Assembly (NCBI GenBank): GCA_002420015.1
Contig: DIHF01000054.1
Location: 30,943-94,942, forward strand
DNA: 64,000 nucleotides
Reading direction: 5' to 3'
Source of the DNA: Micavibrio sp. UBA5703
GTDB taxonomy: Bacteria > Pseudomonadota > Alphaproteobacteria > Micavibrionales > Micavibrionaceae
The position numbers were made by a program, and so were the translations under genes. Positions 9,398 to 19,485 of the stretch are shown piece after piece. How positions within the stretch are numbered: position 1 is the first letter of the stretch; every line of letters starts with the position of its first letter. The notes below the pieces were generated by a model that was not told the DNA's origin, ran no database searches, and was given only the letters and a program-made list of their open reading frames with translations.

Positions 9398-10870
9398 CTA
9401 TCGGGGCGCCAATTGCACCGGCGGTCCGACATTCAGGGATTTGGCGGGTGCCATAGCCGAAGTGTCGAACGCGCCTTGGGATTTCTCTCCGTCTTCAATC
9501 CCTATATCCAGCTTTTCCAGCGCATCGCCGATGGGGATAAAGTAATTAAGCCCCGTCGAAAAATCGGCATTGGGGTCGCCGAAAGACATACCGGCAACAC
9601 TGATGGCGACGATATTGCCGTTCCTGTCCAGAAGCGGCCCGCCGGAATTGCCGCCGTGAATATCGACATCGGCCTGAATGATATCGAGTCGTGCGCCGTG
9701 CATGCGGAACTTCTTACGATGCGCGCTGACGATTCCCTTTGTGACCGTATCCTGCAATTTTTTACTGATCGGCGTGCCGAGCGCGTAGACGTCCTCTGTG
9801 ACGCCGGGCCACTCGGTGCGGATCGGCAGTGTGGTAATTTTCAGGTCGTCCGGTATCTCTTCAAGTTTTAACAGCGCAACGTCGCGCGCGGGCTGTGCGC
9901 GCAAAACCTGAGCAACAAGTTTTTCTTTCCGCTTTGATGTCACAACACGGACACGCTGGGCATTACCGACGACATGAGCATTCGTAAGAATATGGCCGTC
10001 TTGTGAAATAAAAAACCCGGAGCCATGGCCGACCCCGCCCTCGATCATGACGACGGTCTGGCGGGCATTGTCGATGAATTGCGGAAGGGGCGTTGAAGAT
10101 AGCGGTTTTGCAGGTAATTCAACCTCCTCCTCTGCCTCGTATTTCATAGGCCGGTCGTCCTGCTTTTTGGGCAGGGGCCAGCTTTGGGGTTTGGTGCCGC
10201 TGACAAGAAGATCGTGAAATTCCTTGTCCGCGCCAAGATTATGCGCCGCCATTTCAAACGCCGCATTCACCAGTAAAGTCATGCCTTCGGGGTCGCGGCG
10301 GTTAACCTTTCCCGTTCCTTCCGTCACGGTTTTGTAAACGACCCTTTGCCGCAACGTGTCGTAAACGCCCCACTCGATTTTTAGATAAAGTTCGCCTTCG
10401 ATGCCTTCCCTGCCAAAGCCAAGCCCTCCCAAAATCGGGGTTGAGGCTTTTTCTTTTCCATCCATGCGCGCTTCAATGATTTTTCCGCCGACCCGGTATT
10501 CCGAGCGCAAAAATTCATCAAGCTCCTCATCCGGAAAGATGACATTGACGGTATCGACAACATCGTAACCCTGCCCCTCAAGCGTTTCTTCAAATACCCG
10601 CTCGATGTCTTTCTGAGAAATACCGTCGCGCAAAAGATTGCGGTTGGCGGGTTTCATAAAAAATCCATCGACACCACCGCCGGATTTCGTCATGTAGCCG
10701 ACATCGCTGCCGGGCGGCAGAGCCATTTTAAGCTGTGAAAACATCATCGGTGAGGGGTGGGCATCTTCGGGCAACCCAAGCGCATCGCGGTATTTGGCTT
10801 GCGGCACATCGACGCAGGCCGCCAGAAACGCTGTAACAAACAGTAATAGAATATTGAATAGAACCCGCAT
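9398..10870 (-). CDS. lipoprotein with a C-terminal trypsin-like (S1) serine protease domain
   Basis: Lipobox LLFVTAFLAAC. The triad contexts are LTNAHVV (His), ARDVALLKL (Asp) and GNSGGPLLD (Ser). The ~260-aa N-terminal region matches no motif I know, and no PDZ-like tail is visible. Confidence 0.8.
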   Translation of the reverse strand: MRVLFNILLLFVTAFLAACVDVPQAKYRDALGLPEDAHPSPMMFSQLKMALPPGSDVGYMTKSGGGVDGFFMKPANRNLLRDGISQKDIERVFEETLEGQGYDVVDTVNVIFPDEELDEFLRSEYRVGGKIIEARMDGKEKASTPILGGLGFGREGIEGELYLKIEWGVYDTLRQRVVYKTVTEGTGKVNRRDPEGMTLLVNAAFEMAAHNLGADKEFHDLLVSGTKPQSWPLPKKQDDRPMKYEAEEEVELPAKPLSSTPLPQFIDNARQTVVMIEGGVGHGSGFFISQDGHILTNAHVVGNAQRVRVVTSKRKEKLVAQVLRAQPARDVALLKLEEIPDDLKITTLPIRTEWPGVTEDVYALGTPISKKLQDTVTKGIVSAHRKKFRMHGARLDIIQADVDIHGGNSGGPLLDRNGNIVAISVAGMSFGDPNADFSTGLNYFIPIGDALEKLDIGIEDGEKSQGAFDTSAMAPAKSLNVGPPVQLAPR

Positions 10871-10936
10871 GGCGCCCTGTGCTAGGATATGGCCTGGTTA
10901 CAACTTTAGTCTATAAATGAGTGAGAGAAAAGAGCC

Positions 10937-11548
10937 ATGCCCAGCGATAAAGGCCGTCAGCGCACCGCCACCGTAAACCGCAAGACCAAGGAAACCGAGA
11001 TTGCCGTAACGGTCGATCTGGGCGGCACGGGGCGCAGCGAAATCAAAACCGGTATCGGCTTTTTCGATCACATGCTGGACCAGCTCTCTAAACACTCCTT
11101 GATCGACGTGAACCTTCAGGCCAAGGGCGACCTGCATATCGACGCGCACCACACGGTAGAAGATTGCGGCTGGGCGCTGGGTGCCGCATTGAAACAGGCG
11201 CTGGGCGACAAGCTGGGCATCCGCCGCTACGGGCATTTCGATCTGGTGATGGATGAATCGCGTTCCTCCGTGGCGCTGGATTTTTCGGGCCGTCCTTATT
11301 TGATCTGGGATGTGATGTTCACGATCGACCGCATTGGCGAGGAAATGGAAACCGAGCTGTTTCAGGAATTCTTCAACGCCTTGGCGCAAAGCGCGGGGTT
11401 GACGTTGCACTGCTCGAACTATTACGGCGAGAATAACCACCACATCATCGAAAGCGTCTTCAAGGCCTGCGCCAAGGCCCTGCGCATGGCGGTGGAAATC
11501 GACCCCCGCGCCGTCGGCCAGTTGCCGAGCACGAAGGGTGCACTTTAG
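10937..11548 (+). CDS. hisB: imidazoleglycerol-phosphate dehydratase
   Basis: [18 protein letters not shown]...[14 protein letters not shown]....[15 protein letters not shown]...[12 protein letters not shown]. Classic HisB motifs. Confidence 0.95.
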   Translation: MPSDKGRQRTATVNRKTKETEIAVTVDLGGTGRSEIKTGIGFFDHMLDQLSKHSLIDVNLQAKGDLHIDAHHTVEDCGWALGAALKQALGDKLGIRRYGHFDLVMDESRSSVALDFSGRPYLIWDVMFTIDRIGEEMETELFQEFFNALAQSAGLTLHCSNYYGENNHHIIESVFKACAKALRMAVEIDPRAVGQLPSTKGAL

Positions 11549-11551
11549 ACC

Positions 11552-12325
11552 TTAGAAAATCGCAACGGCGATCTGGCCGCATTCCTTGATTTTATCGGAG
11601 GAGCGGTGGGGCATAGTTGCGAACCGCGCGTGTTCCACAACTTCGCTGTCCAGGGCCATGGGGCCGAGCCCCTTGATAAAGGCCACATCACCGATCCGTG
11701 TCTCCAATATTCTATTTTTGAATGCCTTTTCGTTGGACTCCAAGGTTTCATTTGCAATCAGTTGCCATTCTTCAATTGTAGGGACTCCGGAAAGCCATTG
11801 CAGGGGCGTTAAATAGGAGACATGCGCGTTAAGATCGAACATGTCGACGTGCATTTTTGGTGTGCAACCATAGGCACCGTTGGCAACAACGTTGAAATCA
11901 AGGCGGTTCGCGGAAGGTTCCCCGGTATATTTCAGAAGAACCTTTTGGTGCAAACGGCGCACATCTTTGATGTCGGCAAAAATTGCTTCCGCTATTTCGG
12001 GGGACACTTTAATTCCAAATCTGGAGGTCTTATTATAAACCTGCCGCCAGTCGCCGTTTAAATCAAGCTTGCGGAAAAAGTCGTAACGTTCAGCGAAAGG
12101 GTTGTTGAAGTAGTCGGCATAATCTGACGTGATTTTTTGGTCTTTTCGCGCCACAATATTGCCGGTGGCGGTGAAGAGTTTAGTAAGCTTAGGGCGGCTA
12201 TAAAATACAGCACGCGTAAGGGGATTTCGCAGTTCCGGTACGATCTCGGCTTCTTTTGTTACAACGCAGACGGTTTCATCATCATCGTGGGCTTTTATGG
12301 TCATTGCGTTAGTCTTTCTGCGCAC
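11552..12325 (-). CDS. hypothetical protein, possible Fe(II)/2-oxoglutarate oxygenase fold
   Basis: 257-aa ORF with GTG at 12325, or ATG at 12304. Low GC. The HVD (MHVDMF)...GDVAFIKG...EH-x8-RSS spacing resembles the HxD...H...RxS pattern of 2OG oxygenases. This is a hand observation only. Confidence 0.5.
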   Translation of the reverse strand: MRRKTNAMTIKAHDDDETVCVVTKEAEIVPELRNPLTRAVFYSRPKLTKLFTATGNIVARKDQKITSDYADYFNNPFAERYDFFRKLDLNGDWRQVYNKTSRFGIKVSPEIAEAIFADIKDVRRLHQKVLLKYTGEPSANRLDFNVVANGAYGCTPKMHVDMFDLNAHVSYLTPLQWLSGVPTIEEWQLIANETLESNEKAFKNRILETRIGDVAFIKGLGPMALDSEVVEHARFATMPHRSSDKIKECGQIAVAIF

Positions 12326-12330
12326 CCAAG

Positions 12331-12933
12331 TTACATGCGTAATTCAGGAGAGTCTTCCTTGACAATATCATAGCTACCTAGTGAGGCTTTGTTAGAAAGG
12401 CCATCGGAAAAAATAATTAATGAGCGCTGTGTATCGCCCATCGCATTGTCAATTCCTTTGTAGAGGCAGTGAAAGAACACATTTGTTCCCCTAATGAGAT
12501 TGGACAGTCTTTCTTTAAAGAATGGAATGCTCCATTCCTTCTCAAAATCATCAAGAATATTTGGTTCATCTGCCACCCTCTGAAGCAATTCGGGTGGGGC
12601 GACGCTTCGCATGTGTTCAATGTAACCAATAACATAGTCGGAGGCTTTGATAGAATGTTTCTGATTGTTGATGATAAAATCGAGATTTGGATCTGCTTTG
12701 TATCCGCTTAAAGACACAAACAAAACGCAAGGTCCGCTAGCACCAAGAGCTACTGCTTCAAAATCGGCATCGTCATCAAAGGATACAACATGACTGCGTA
12801 TTGTTGGCGTTATGTGGTCCCTATAGGTATAAAATGTCACCCCGCCTTCATCGATAGGGGCGTTGTGCTGTGTATAAGGCGAATGCCTGAATTTTGTTTT
12901 GTCGAATTCAATCGCAATAATTTGGCCGGGCAT
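12331..12933 (-). CDS. hypothetical protein
   Basis: ATG at 12933 is preceded by GTGAGG (the ORF track starts at TTG 12978). About 40% GC on a 70-nt hand count. The stop is 5 nt from the next ORF, suggesting an operon with 11552-12325. No motif recognised. Confidence 0.55.
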   Translation of the reverse strand: MPGQIIAIEFDKTKFRHSPYTQHNAPIDEGGVTFYTYRDHITPTIRSHVVSFDDDADFEAVALGASGPCVLFVSLSGYKADPNLDFIINNQKHSIKASDYVIGYIEHMRSVAPPELLQRVADEPNILDDFEKEWSIPFFKERLSNLIRGTNVFFHCLYKGIDNAMGDTQRSLIIFSDGLSNKASLGSYDIVKEDSPELRM

Positions 12934-13007
12934 AAAAACCTCACTTGTTATGGGAACGATACGTTTATGCCGGGCCAAACGTTATGTCAACAAAATTGTG
13001 AGGTAAA

Positions 13008-14321
13008 TTATTTACGCTCCAGCAAAACCGCGCCGTGGGCGGGGAAGCCCTCGTAATCTGTCAGGGTTGTCACGGGGCCTTTTAAGGAATTAAAGCCCCG
13101 CGCATCGCAACGGGAAATGGAAGTACGCTTGAGGAAATCCCAGACCGAGGTGCAGGAATAGCTGTGCGCCCAGCCGCCGGTGGGCAGGACGTGGTTAACG
13201 CCAATCCCGTAATTGCCGAGTGAGGAGGGCGTGTATTCGCCGATCAGGATTTCGCCCGCGTGCTTGAGTTTCGGGACAATGGAATCCGCATCCGCAACTT
13301 TCAAATGCAAATGCTCCGGCGCCCAGTCGTTGGCAAAGGCGATGGATTCTTCAAGGCTGTTTGTCAAAATGATACCGCCATAACCCTGCGGCCCCATGAC
13401 ATGCGCGCAGATCGAACGGTGCGGCTCAGGCAGGCTCTCGATAACGGCGGGCATGTTATCACGCACGTAATCAGAAAGTTTCTTTGAATGCGTCACCAGA
13501 AGCGCTGCGCTGTCTTCACCGTGTTCGGCCTCATTAAGAACGTCCAGAATGGTGTTGTGGGGATCGGCGCTCTCATCCGCGAGCACGATGGATTCGGAAG
13601 GCCCCGCCGGCATGCCGGGATCAAGCACATCAGAAAGAATGCGCTTGGCCGCCGCCACATACGGGCTGCCGGGGCCGAGAACCTTGCGCACCTTGGGAAC
13701 AGTTTGTGTGCCGTAAGCCAGCGCGGCAATGCCCTGCGCACCGCCGCATTTGAAAACATTTTTCACACCGCAAAGCTCTGCGGTGAAAAGCGTCGCGTCA
13801 TCGACCTTTCCATCCGCGCGCGGCGGCGTGACCACGGCGATATTTTCCACGCCCGCGATGACGGCGGGAATGGCCAGCATATAAAGGGCGGAAGGAAACG
13901 CGCCCTTGCCGCGCGGTACGTAAAGCCCGACGGATTCAATCGCGTTCACCTGCTCGCCGGCGAAAACGCCGGGTTCGATTTCCTCCATCCAGTATTTTTC
14001 AACGCGCTTCATTTGTGCTGCGTGGAATGTGCGGACGTTTCCGGCGCATTTCTCGATGGCCGCTTTTACTGCGGGGTCCAGCGTTTTTGCGGCTTCGTCA
14101 AATTCCGTTTCTGTGACCTTTATTGAGGACAGCTTTGCCTTTTCAAATTTCGCGGCGCAATCGATCAGCGCCGCATCGCCGCGCTCCCTCACATCTGCGA
14201 TAATCGGCTGAACAGCCTTGATAACCGCGTCGATATTGGCCTCGGCGCGGCGCATGATCCGCAATTTTGCGGCCTCATTCAGCTCTTTCCAGTTGTAAAC
14301 GGCGATGGTCATGGTCTGCAT
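13008..14321 (-). CDS. hisD: histidinol dehydrogenase
   Basis: 437 aa. ...[26 protein letters not shown]...VTPP...[13 protein letters not shown]...[12 protein letters not shown]...SESIVLADE...AEHGEDS...APEHLHL...[15 protein letters not shown]. Full HisD signature. Confidence 0.95.
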   Translation of the reverse strand: MQTMTIAVYNWKELNEAAKLRIMRRAEANIDAVIKAVQPIIADVRERGDAALIDCAAKFEKAKLSSIKVTETEFDEAAKTLDPAVKAAIEKCAGNVRTFHAAQMKRVEKYWMEEIEPGVFAGEQVNAIESVGLYVPRGKGAFPSALYMLAIPAVIAGVENIAVVTPPRADGKVDDATLFTAELCGVKNVFKCGGAQGIAALAYGTQTVPKVRKVLGPGSPYVAAAKRILSDVLDPGMPAGPSESIVLADESADPHNTILDVLNEAEHGEDSAALLVTHSKKLSDYVRDNMPAVIESLPEPHRSICAHVMGPQGYGGIILTNSLEESIAFANDWAPEHLHLKVADADSIVPKLKHAGEILIGEYTPSSLGNYGIGVNHVLPTGGWAHSYSCTSVWDFLKRTSISRCDARGFNSLKGPVTTLTDYEGFPAHGAVLLERK

Positions 14322-14370
14322 TTCAATTTTATCTTTAACTCAGGAAGGACATACACTAAAACTGCTGCCT

Positions 14371-15039
14371 ATGGCAAAAGAATCCATCGTTATCATCGAT
14401 TACGGCTCCGGCAATCTGCGTTCGGCGGCCAAGGCGTTCGAGCGCGTGGCGCGGGAGGAGGGGCTGGACCGTGAAATTACCGTTTCAAACCGCCCCGAGG
14501 ATGTCCGGCGCGCCGGGCGGGTTGTCCTGCCGGGTCAGGGGGCTTTCGGCGATTGCATGCAAAGCCTTTGCGCCATACCGGGTATGCGCGAGGCGCTGGA
14601 GGAAACGGTTATAAAGGCGGCGCGGCCTTATCTTGGCATATGCGTGGGCATGCAATTAATGGCGGATAAAGGGCTGGAGCATGGCGAGCACAAAGGGCTT
14701 GGCTGGATTCCAGGCGAAGTCGTCCCGATGAAACCCGCAGACAAGGCCCTCAAAATCCCGCATATGGGCTGGAACGAGCTGCACGCGCCGGTTTCCGGCG
14801 ATCCGGCGAAAACGCATTTTGTGCTGCGCAATATAGATTCTTTAAATAATTACTACTTTGTTCACTCTTATATGTTCAAATGTAAAGAGGAGAGGCACAT
14901 ACTTGCACATACGGATTACGGTGGCCCGGTAACGGCCATTGTCGGGCGGGACAACATGATCGGCGTTCAGTTCCACCCCGAAAAAAGCCAGAGTGCAGGT
15001 CTGAAACTGATTGCGAATTTTTTGCAGTGGAAGCCGTAA
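14371..15039 (+). CDS. hisH: imidazole glycerol phosphate synthase, glutaminase subunit
   Basis: ATG at 14371. [19 protein letters not shown]...[11 protein letters not shown]...LGICVGMQL...PHMGWN...FVHSY...GVQFHPEKS. Cys-His-Glu amidotransferase motifs. Confidence 0.95.
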   Translation: MAKESIVIIDYGSGNLRSAAKAFERVAREEGLDREITVSNRPEDVRRAGRVVLPGQGAFGDCMQSLCAIPGMREALEETVIKAARPYLGICVGMQLMADKGLEHGEHKGLGWIPGEVVPMKPADKALKIPHMGWNELHAPVSGDPAKTHFVLRNIDSLNNYYFVHSYMFKCKEERHILAHTDYGGPVTAIVGRDNMIGVQFHPEKSQSAGLKLIANFLQWKP

Positions 15040-15072
15040 ACGACAGGCGGCTCAAGTGAAAAGGGGCATTCA

Positions 15073-15639
15073 ATGAGCGAGCAAAACCAGATTAAATTGA
15101 TGAAGGCCGTGCCGAGCGTAGAGCGCGTGACGCAGCCGCTTTCCGTGCCGGACCTTAACGACCTGTGCGATGCGACCGATGCCGCTATCGAAGGCGGCGG
15201 CGGGTTCGGCTGGGTTGAACTTCCCTCCCGCGATATTCTCGAGCGCTTCTGGCGGGGCGTGATGGCGATGCCGACGCGCATATTGTTTGTCGCAAGGCTG
15301 GACGGCGTGATTTGCGGTACCTGCCAGATCATCAAACCGCCCGTCAATAACGAAGCACAGGCACATGCCGTGCAACTCACCACAAACTTCGTTGCGCCCT
15401 GGGCGCGGGGGCATGGCTTGGCGCGTATGCTGGTTGAGGCGGCGGAAAAGGCGGCGCTGGACGAAGGCTTTTCCGTCATCAATCTCGACGTGCGCGAAAC
15501 GATGGAAGCAGCGATCAAGCTTTATGAAAGCCTCGGCTATCAACGCATCGGTACGCACCCGTGCTATGCCAAAGTGGACGGCGAAGCGATCCGGGGTTTT
15601 TACTATTATAAAATCATCGGTCCGAAGGTCGCCGATTAG
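15073..15639 (+). CDS. GNAT-family N-acetyltransferase
   Basis: 188 aa. The segment ...VAPWARGHGLARMLVEAAEKAALDEGFSVINLDVRETMEAAIKLYESLGYQRIG is a typical acetyl-CoA-binding (R/Q-x-x-G-x-G/A) GNAT core. Confidence 0.8.
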   Translation: MSEQNQIKLMKAVPSVERVTQPLSVPDLNDLCDATDAAIEGGGGFGWVELPSRDILERFWRGVMAMPTRILFVARLDGVICGTCQIIKPPVNNEAQAHAVQLTTNFVAPWARGHGLARMLVEAAEKAALDEGFSVINLDVRETMEAAIKLYESLGYQRIGTHPCYAKVDGEAIRGFYYYKIIGPKVAD

Positions 15640-15648
15640 AAAAAGTGG

Positions 15649-16662
15649 CTATAGTGCCAGAGTTTCCGGTTGAGTACTGCGAGGTATAGCCAGTTCCCTG
15701 TAGCGTACGCCTTCATTGTGCGCGCTGATGGCGAACATGAAATTCTCAAGCATGCGCGGCATATTTCCTTTGCGGCCCTCGTGCTCAAAGCCCTCAAGCA
15801 TCATTCTTTCTTCAGGATCAATCTTCATGCGTTCGCGAATTGCGGACGTATACAGGCCGTGGAATCGGGATTCTACCTCAACCCCCTTTGCCATCGAGTC
15901 GTTGATAAGGTTGCGCAGGTAATCGAGATCGGTGATCGCTCCCGGTCCCTTTTGCGATCCGTCAGGTCTCTTATCGTTATAGGCAGCGGCCATAATGAAT
16001 GCTTTAATGTTGTCACCCTGTGGCCCACGTTCAATTTGATAAAACGGTCTTGTTTTCGCAAAGCGGTTTTCGGGATTGTAAATATAGAGGTCGCTCGCTC
16101 GGTCGGCGACGCAAACGATGGAGGGAACTTTGCGGCCATCCTCAGATTCCACATTGATCACTTCAAATTTATAAATCGGCATGTTCGGGGGCGCTTCGCG
16201 CTGATTGAATTTCTCAAGATAATAACAAACAAAATTCGCTGCGCTATCTGCGCCGAGATGATCGATTTTGGTTTCCAAAATTCCGCCCGGCGTTTCCGCG
16301 CCTTTTTTAAATTCGTTCCCGATCGTGATGCCGGGTTTTTCCGGCGTGCCGCGATAATGAATGTCAAAGCAGACGAAATCTTTCTCGTAGTCTTTCAATG
16401 TTGCAGGCGTGACTTTAACCAAAGATGCTTGATCGATACCGGGAAATTTATCGGCAAGATCCTTCTTGAATGTGCCGTCTGCTTCCTGAAGATGCGAATA
16501 AGACAGAAGTGAACCTGCGCCAAAAGCGCTTAACGTTCCGGTTTGCTCGACACTGCGAATGAAAGATTCCTTTGCGGCCCCATCACTTATAAAAAGATAG
16601 TCGCTCAGGGCTTGCCTGATTTGCTCTTTTTGCGCGTCGTTAAACGTTATTTTATTACTCAT
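15649..16662 (-). CDS. hypothetical protein (ORFan)
   Basis: 337-aa uninterrupted ORF on the opposite strand to the flanking his genes. About 47% GC on a hand-counted sample. No signal peptide or motif recognised. Confidence 0.55.
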   Translation of the reverse strand: MSNKITFNDAQKEQIRQALSDYLFISDGAAKESFIRSVEQTGTLSAFGAGSLLSYSHLQEADGTFKKDLADKFPGIDQASLVKVTPATLKDYEKDFVCFDIHYRGTPEKPGITIGNEFKKGAETPGGILETKIDHLGADSAANFVCYYLEKFNQREAPPNMPIYKFEVINVESEDGRKVPSIVCVADRASDLYIYNPENRFAKTRPFYQIERGPQGDNIKAFIMAAAYNDKRPDGSQKGPGAITDLDYLRNLINDSMAKGVEVESRFHGLYTSAIRERMKIDPEERMMLEGFEHEGRKGNMPRMLENFMFAISAHNEGVRYRELAIPRSTQPETLAL

Positions 16663-16779
16663 TGCCGCATCCCTTTTTTAAAGCAGGAGCTTATAACAAG
16701 GTGCAGCGTTATGTCAACTATATTAAAATAAGCCTTTCATTCCTTGTGCTTGGCGGGGCGGTTCTTTATACCTCTCCCC

Positions 16780-17508
16780 ATGATTATTTACCCGGCGATA
16801 GATCTGAAGGGCGGCAAATGCGTGCGGCTGTATCAGGGCGATATGACCCGCGACACCGTCTATAACGACGACCCGTCGGCGCAGGCGCTCGACTGGGCGC
16901 GGGCGGGGTTTAGCTGGCTGCATATTGTCGACCTCGACGGTGCGGTGCACGGCGCGCCGGAAAACCAGCACGCGGTGCGCAGCATAATTGATGCGGTCGA
17001 TATCCCGGTGCAGCTCGGCGGCGGCATCCGCACTCATGCGCAGATCGAACACTGGCTGTCCGAAGGCGTCAGCCGGGTGATCCTCGGCACGGCGGCTGTC
17101 CGTGATCCCGAGTTGGTCAAAAAGGCTTGCCGCGAATTTCCAGGCCAGATTGCCGTTGGTATCGATGCGCTGGGCGGTGAGGTCATGGTCGAGGGCTGGG
17201 TCGACGGCACGAACATACAGGCCACGGAACTGGCAAAACATTTCGAGGATGCGGGCGTTGCCTGCATCATCTATACCGACATCGAACGCGACGGCACCGG
17301 CAAGGGCGTGAATGTGCTCTCCACCATTTCACTGGCGCAGAGCACGGAAATTCCCGTGATAGCTTCGGGCGGCGTGCATTCGCTGGAAGATATCCGGCTG
17401 GTACGCGAAGCGGCCCCATACGGCGTGACGGGCGTTATCGTCGGCCGGGCGCTGTACGATAAATCCATCGTGCCGACAGAAGCGTTGAAAGTTGCAAGTG
17501 GTGGGTAA
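16780..17508 (+). CDS. hisA: ProFAR isomerase (1-(5-phosphoribosyl)-5-[(5-phosphoribosylamino)methylideneamino]imidazole-4-carboxamide isomerase)
   Basis: ATG at 16780. [21 protein letters not shown]...LHIVDLDGA...VQLGGGIR...[13 protein letters not shown]...IPVIASGGV. Confidence 0.95.
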   Translation: MIIYPAIDLKGGKCVRLYQGDMTRDTVYNDDPSAQALDWARAGFSWLHIVDLDGAVHGAPENQHAVRSIIDAVDIPVQLGGGIRTHAQIEHWLSEGVSRVILGTAAVRDPELVKKACREFPGQIAVGIDALGGEVMVEGWVDGTNIQATELAKHFEDAGVACIIYTDIERDGTGKGVNVLSTISLAQSTEIPVIASGGVHSLEDIRLVREAAPYGVTGVIVGRALYDKSIVPTEALKVASGG

Positions 17509-18264
17509 ATGCTCAAAACCCGCATCATTCCATGCCTAGATGTAAACAATGGCCGCGTGGTCAAGGGCGTGAATTTCGTCGATCTGATCGACGCCGGCGA
17601 TCCGGTAGAACAGGCAAAAATCTATAACGATCAGGGCGCGGACGAATTGTGTTTCCTCGATATCACGGCCACGAGCGACAACCGCAACACCATTCTGGAT
17701 GTTGTGGCGCGCACGGCTGAACAGGTCTTTATGCCCCTTACCGTTGGCGGCGGCGTGCGGAGCGTCGAGGACATTCGTAATCTTTTAAACGCGGGCGCGG
17801 ATAAAATTGCGGTCAATTCCGCCGCCGTAAAGAACCCGGATTTTGTGAAGGAAGCCGCCAATAAATGCGGCAATCAATGCATCGTCGTGGCGATTGACGC
17901 GAAAAGAAACGGCGAACGCTGGGAGGTGTTCACGCATGGCGGGCGGCAATCCACCGGAATCGATGCGGTCGAATGGGCACAGCGCATGGCCGCCTACGGC
18001 GCGGGCGAAATTCTGCTCACCTCCATGGACCGCGACGGCACAAAGGCGGGATTCGATCTTGCGTTGACACGCGCCGTGGCCGACAGCGTTTCCGTGCCGG
18101 TTATCGCCTCGGGCGGGGTCGGCACGCTCGATCATCTGGTCGAAGGTGTACGGGAGGGGCATGCCTCGGCAGTGCTGGCGGCCTCGATTTTTCACTTCGG
18201 AACCTATACAATCGCACAGGCCAGATCGGCCATGCACAAGGCCGGAATTGCGGTGAGAATTTAA
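17509..18264 (+). CDS. hisF: imidazole glycerol phosphate synthase, cyclase subunit
   Basis: The ATG directly abuts the hisA stop (TAAATG). [29 protein letters not shown]...GADEL.FLDITA...PLTVGGGVR...GADK...NSAAV...[12 protein letters not shown]...VPVIASGG. Confidence 0.97.
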   Translation: MLKTRIIPCLDVNNGRVVKGVNFVDLIDAGDPVEQAKIYNDQGADELCFLDITATSDNRNTILDVVARTAEQVFMPLTVGGGVRSVEDIRNLLNAGADKIAVNSAAVKNPDFVKEAANKCGNQCIVVAIDAKRNGERWEVFTHGGRQSTGIDAVEWAQRMAAYGAGEILLTSMDRDGTKAGFDLALTRAVADSVSVPVIASGGVGTLDHLVEGVREGHASAVLAASIFHFGTYTIAQARSAMHKAGIAVRI

Positions 18265-18266
18265 TA

Positions 18267-18365
18267 TTAAACTACAGAGATAAACAGAGTGCACAGAGAG
18301 AAATTTGTTTTTCGGCAGCTATATAAAAGTCAACTCTGTTTGGCTCTGCGCGCTCTGTAGTTTAA
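18267..18365. repeat. palindromic intergenic element (ACAGAG-arm variant)
   Basis: TTAAACTACAGAGATAAACAGAGTGCACAGAGAG...CTCTGTTTGGCTCTGCGCGCTCTGTAGTTTAA. It starts 3 nt after the hisF stop and separates hisF from hisE. Confidence 0.7.
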
Positions 18366-18386
18366 AAATTAAGTAGGTTTAAAAAG

Positions 18387-18731
18387 ATGAAAGAACATAT
18401 TTTAAATTCCCTGTATCAGGTGTTGCTGACGCGCAAGGGCGCGGATGCGGGGGAATCCTACGTGGCCAGCCTTTATGCGAAGGGTGCGGCGAAAATCACC
18501 GCCAAGGTGACGGAGGAGGCGGGCGAGCTGAACGCAGAGTCCCTGCGCCTTGAAAAAAGCCTCGGAGATGAAAAAATCCGCACGGCGTTAAAGAACGAAG
18601 CCGCCGATCTGTTATTTCACATGATGGTGATGCTGGCCTATCACGACGTCCCGCCGGATGACGTTTTTACGGTTCTCGAAGGGCGCTTCGGCAAAAGCGG
18701 CCACGCGGAAAAAGCGGAGCGGAAGTCTTAG
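18387..18731 (+). CDS. hisE: phosphoribosyl-ATP pyrophosphatase
   Basis: 114 aa. SYVASLYAKGAAKITAKVTEEAGEL...EAADLLFHMMVMLAYHDV...V..LE.R is a typical HisE. Confidence 0.9.
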   Translation: MKEHILNSLYQVLLTRKGADAGESYVASLYAKGAAKITAKVTEEAGELNAESLRLEKSLGDEKIRTALKNEAADLLFHMMVMLAYHDVPPDDVFTVLEGRFGKSGHAEKAERKS

Positions 18732-19480
18732 GGGTTTGGAAACGCGGATCTTTCATCCCTGCATGTGGCAAAAACCAGCCTCTTCCCTGAATCCGATATT
18801 CTTTCGCCTGTTACCTTACAAAATTTTCTTTTGTTTTTAGTAGGGTCGGCAAGCATGGAAAACACCTGATCCATTTTTTTAAGGCTTGTTCCCCTTTGCT
18901 CCAAGGCTTCCTCTATTGTTGATCTTCTTTCTTCAACACTCAGATGTTCTTGACCGATATTGCTATAGTAAAAATCCAGAAGGTTTCCTGCCGCCGCCGC
19001 TCTTGTGTGAAAGGGATTTTGTTCATCGTTTATCTTTAGAAGGTAATAAATTGTTTGTGCGCGGACGAGATCGCTCGGTGTTTTCTTTTGGTCGTATAGT
19101 GTTTGCAAAATTACATTTCTTATTTGCTCGTTGCTGTCGGATAGCATCTTCAGCAAAGCTATACTGCTGATTTGTCCAACGGCATCATTTTCATTGGACT
19201 TGGCAAGAAGTGTCAAAACCTGAAGATTTGCGCAGGCTTGACTGAAATCGGCAATCAAACTCTGTTCGCCAATGGTTTCCCTTTGGTACGTTACTTTTCT
19301 TTCTTCGGTAACCGCGCAATTGGGTTGAAGCGTCTGCGTGATATTCACCTTCGGCTGCGGCGCCGCGCAGGCGTTAAACAGCACCAAGGATAAAGGCAGG
19401 CTGCAAATAACCGTAGCTTTTCGCTTTATTCCCCAAGCAATGTTATGAGGCTGCTCGATATTTTTGACCGCTGCTATCAT
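18728..19480 (-). CDS. hypothetical lipoprotein
   Basis: 250-aa ORF. The N-terminus ...KRKATVICSLPLSLVLFNACAAP has a lipobox-like LFNAC. Lower GC. The 3' end overlaps the hisE stop by 4 nt, so the exact C-terminus is uncertain. Confidence 0.5.
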   Translation of the reverse strand: MIAAVKNIEQPHNIAWGIKRKATVICSLPLSLVLFNACAAPQPKVNITQTLQPNCAVTEERKVTYQRETIGEQSLIADFSQACANLQVLTLLAKSNENDAVGQISSIALLKMLSDSNEQIRNVILQTLYDQKKTPSDLVRAQTIYYLLKINDEQNPFHTRAAAAGNLLDFYYSNIGQEHLSVEERRSTIEEALEQRGTSLKKMDQVFSMLADPTKNKRKFCKVTGERISDSGKRLVFATCRDERSAFPNP

Positions 19481-19485
19481 AAAAA

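Noticed and set aside
8900-9871. 323-aa plus-strand ORF spanning hslV and the protease gene
   Set aside because: It crosses the boundary of two well-supported minus-strand genes and has no motif. It is a shadow ORF.
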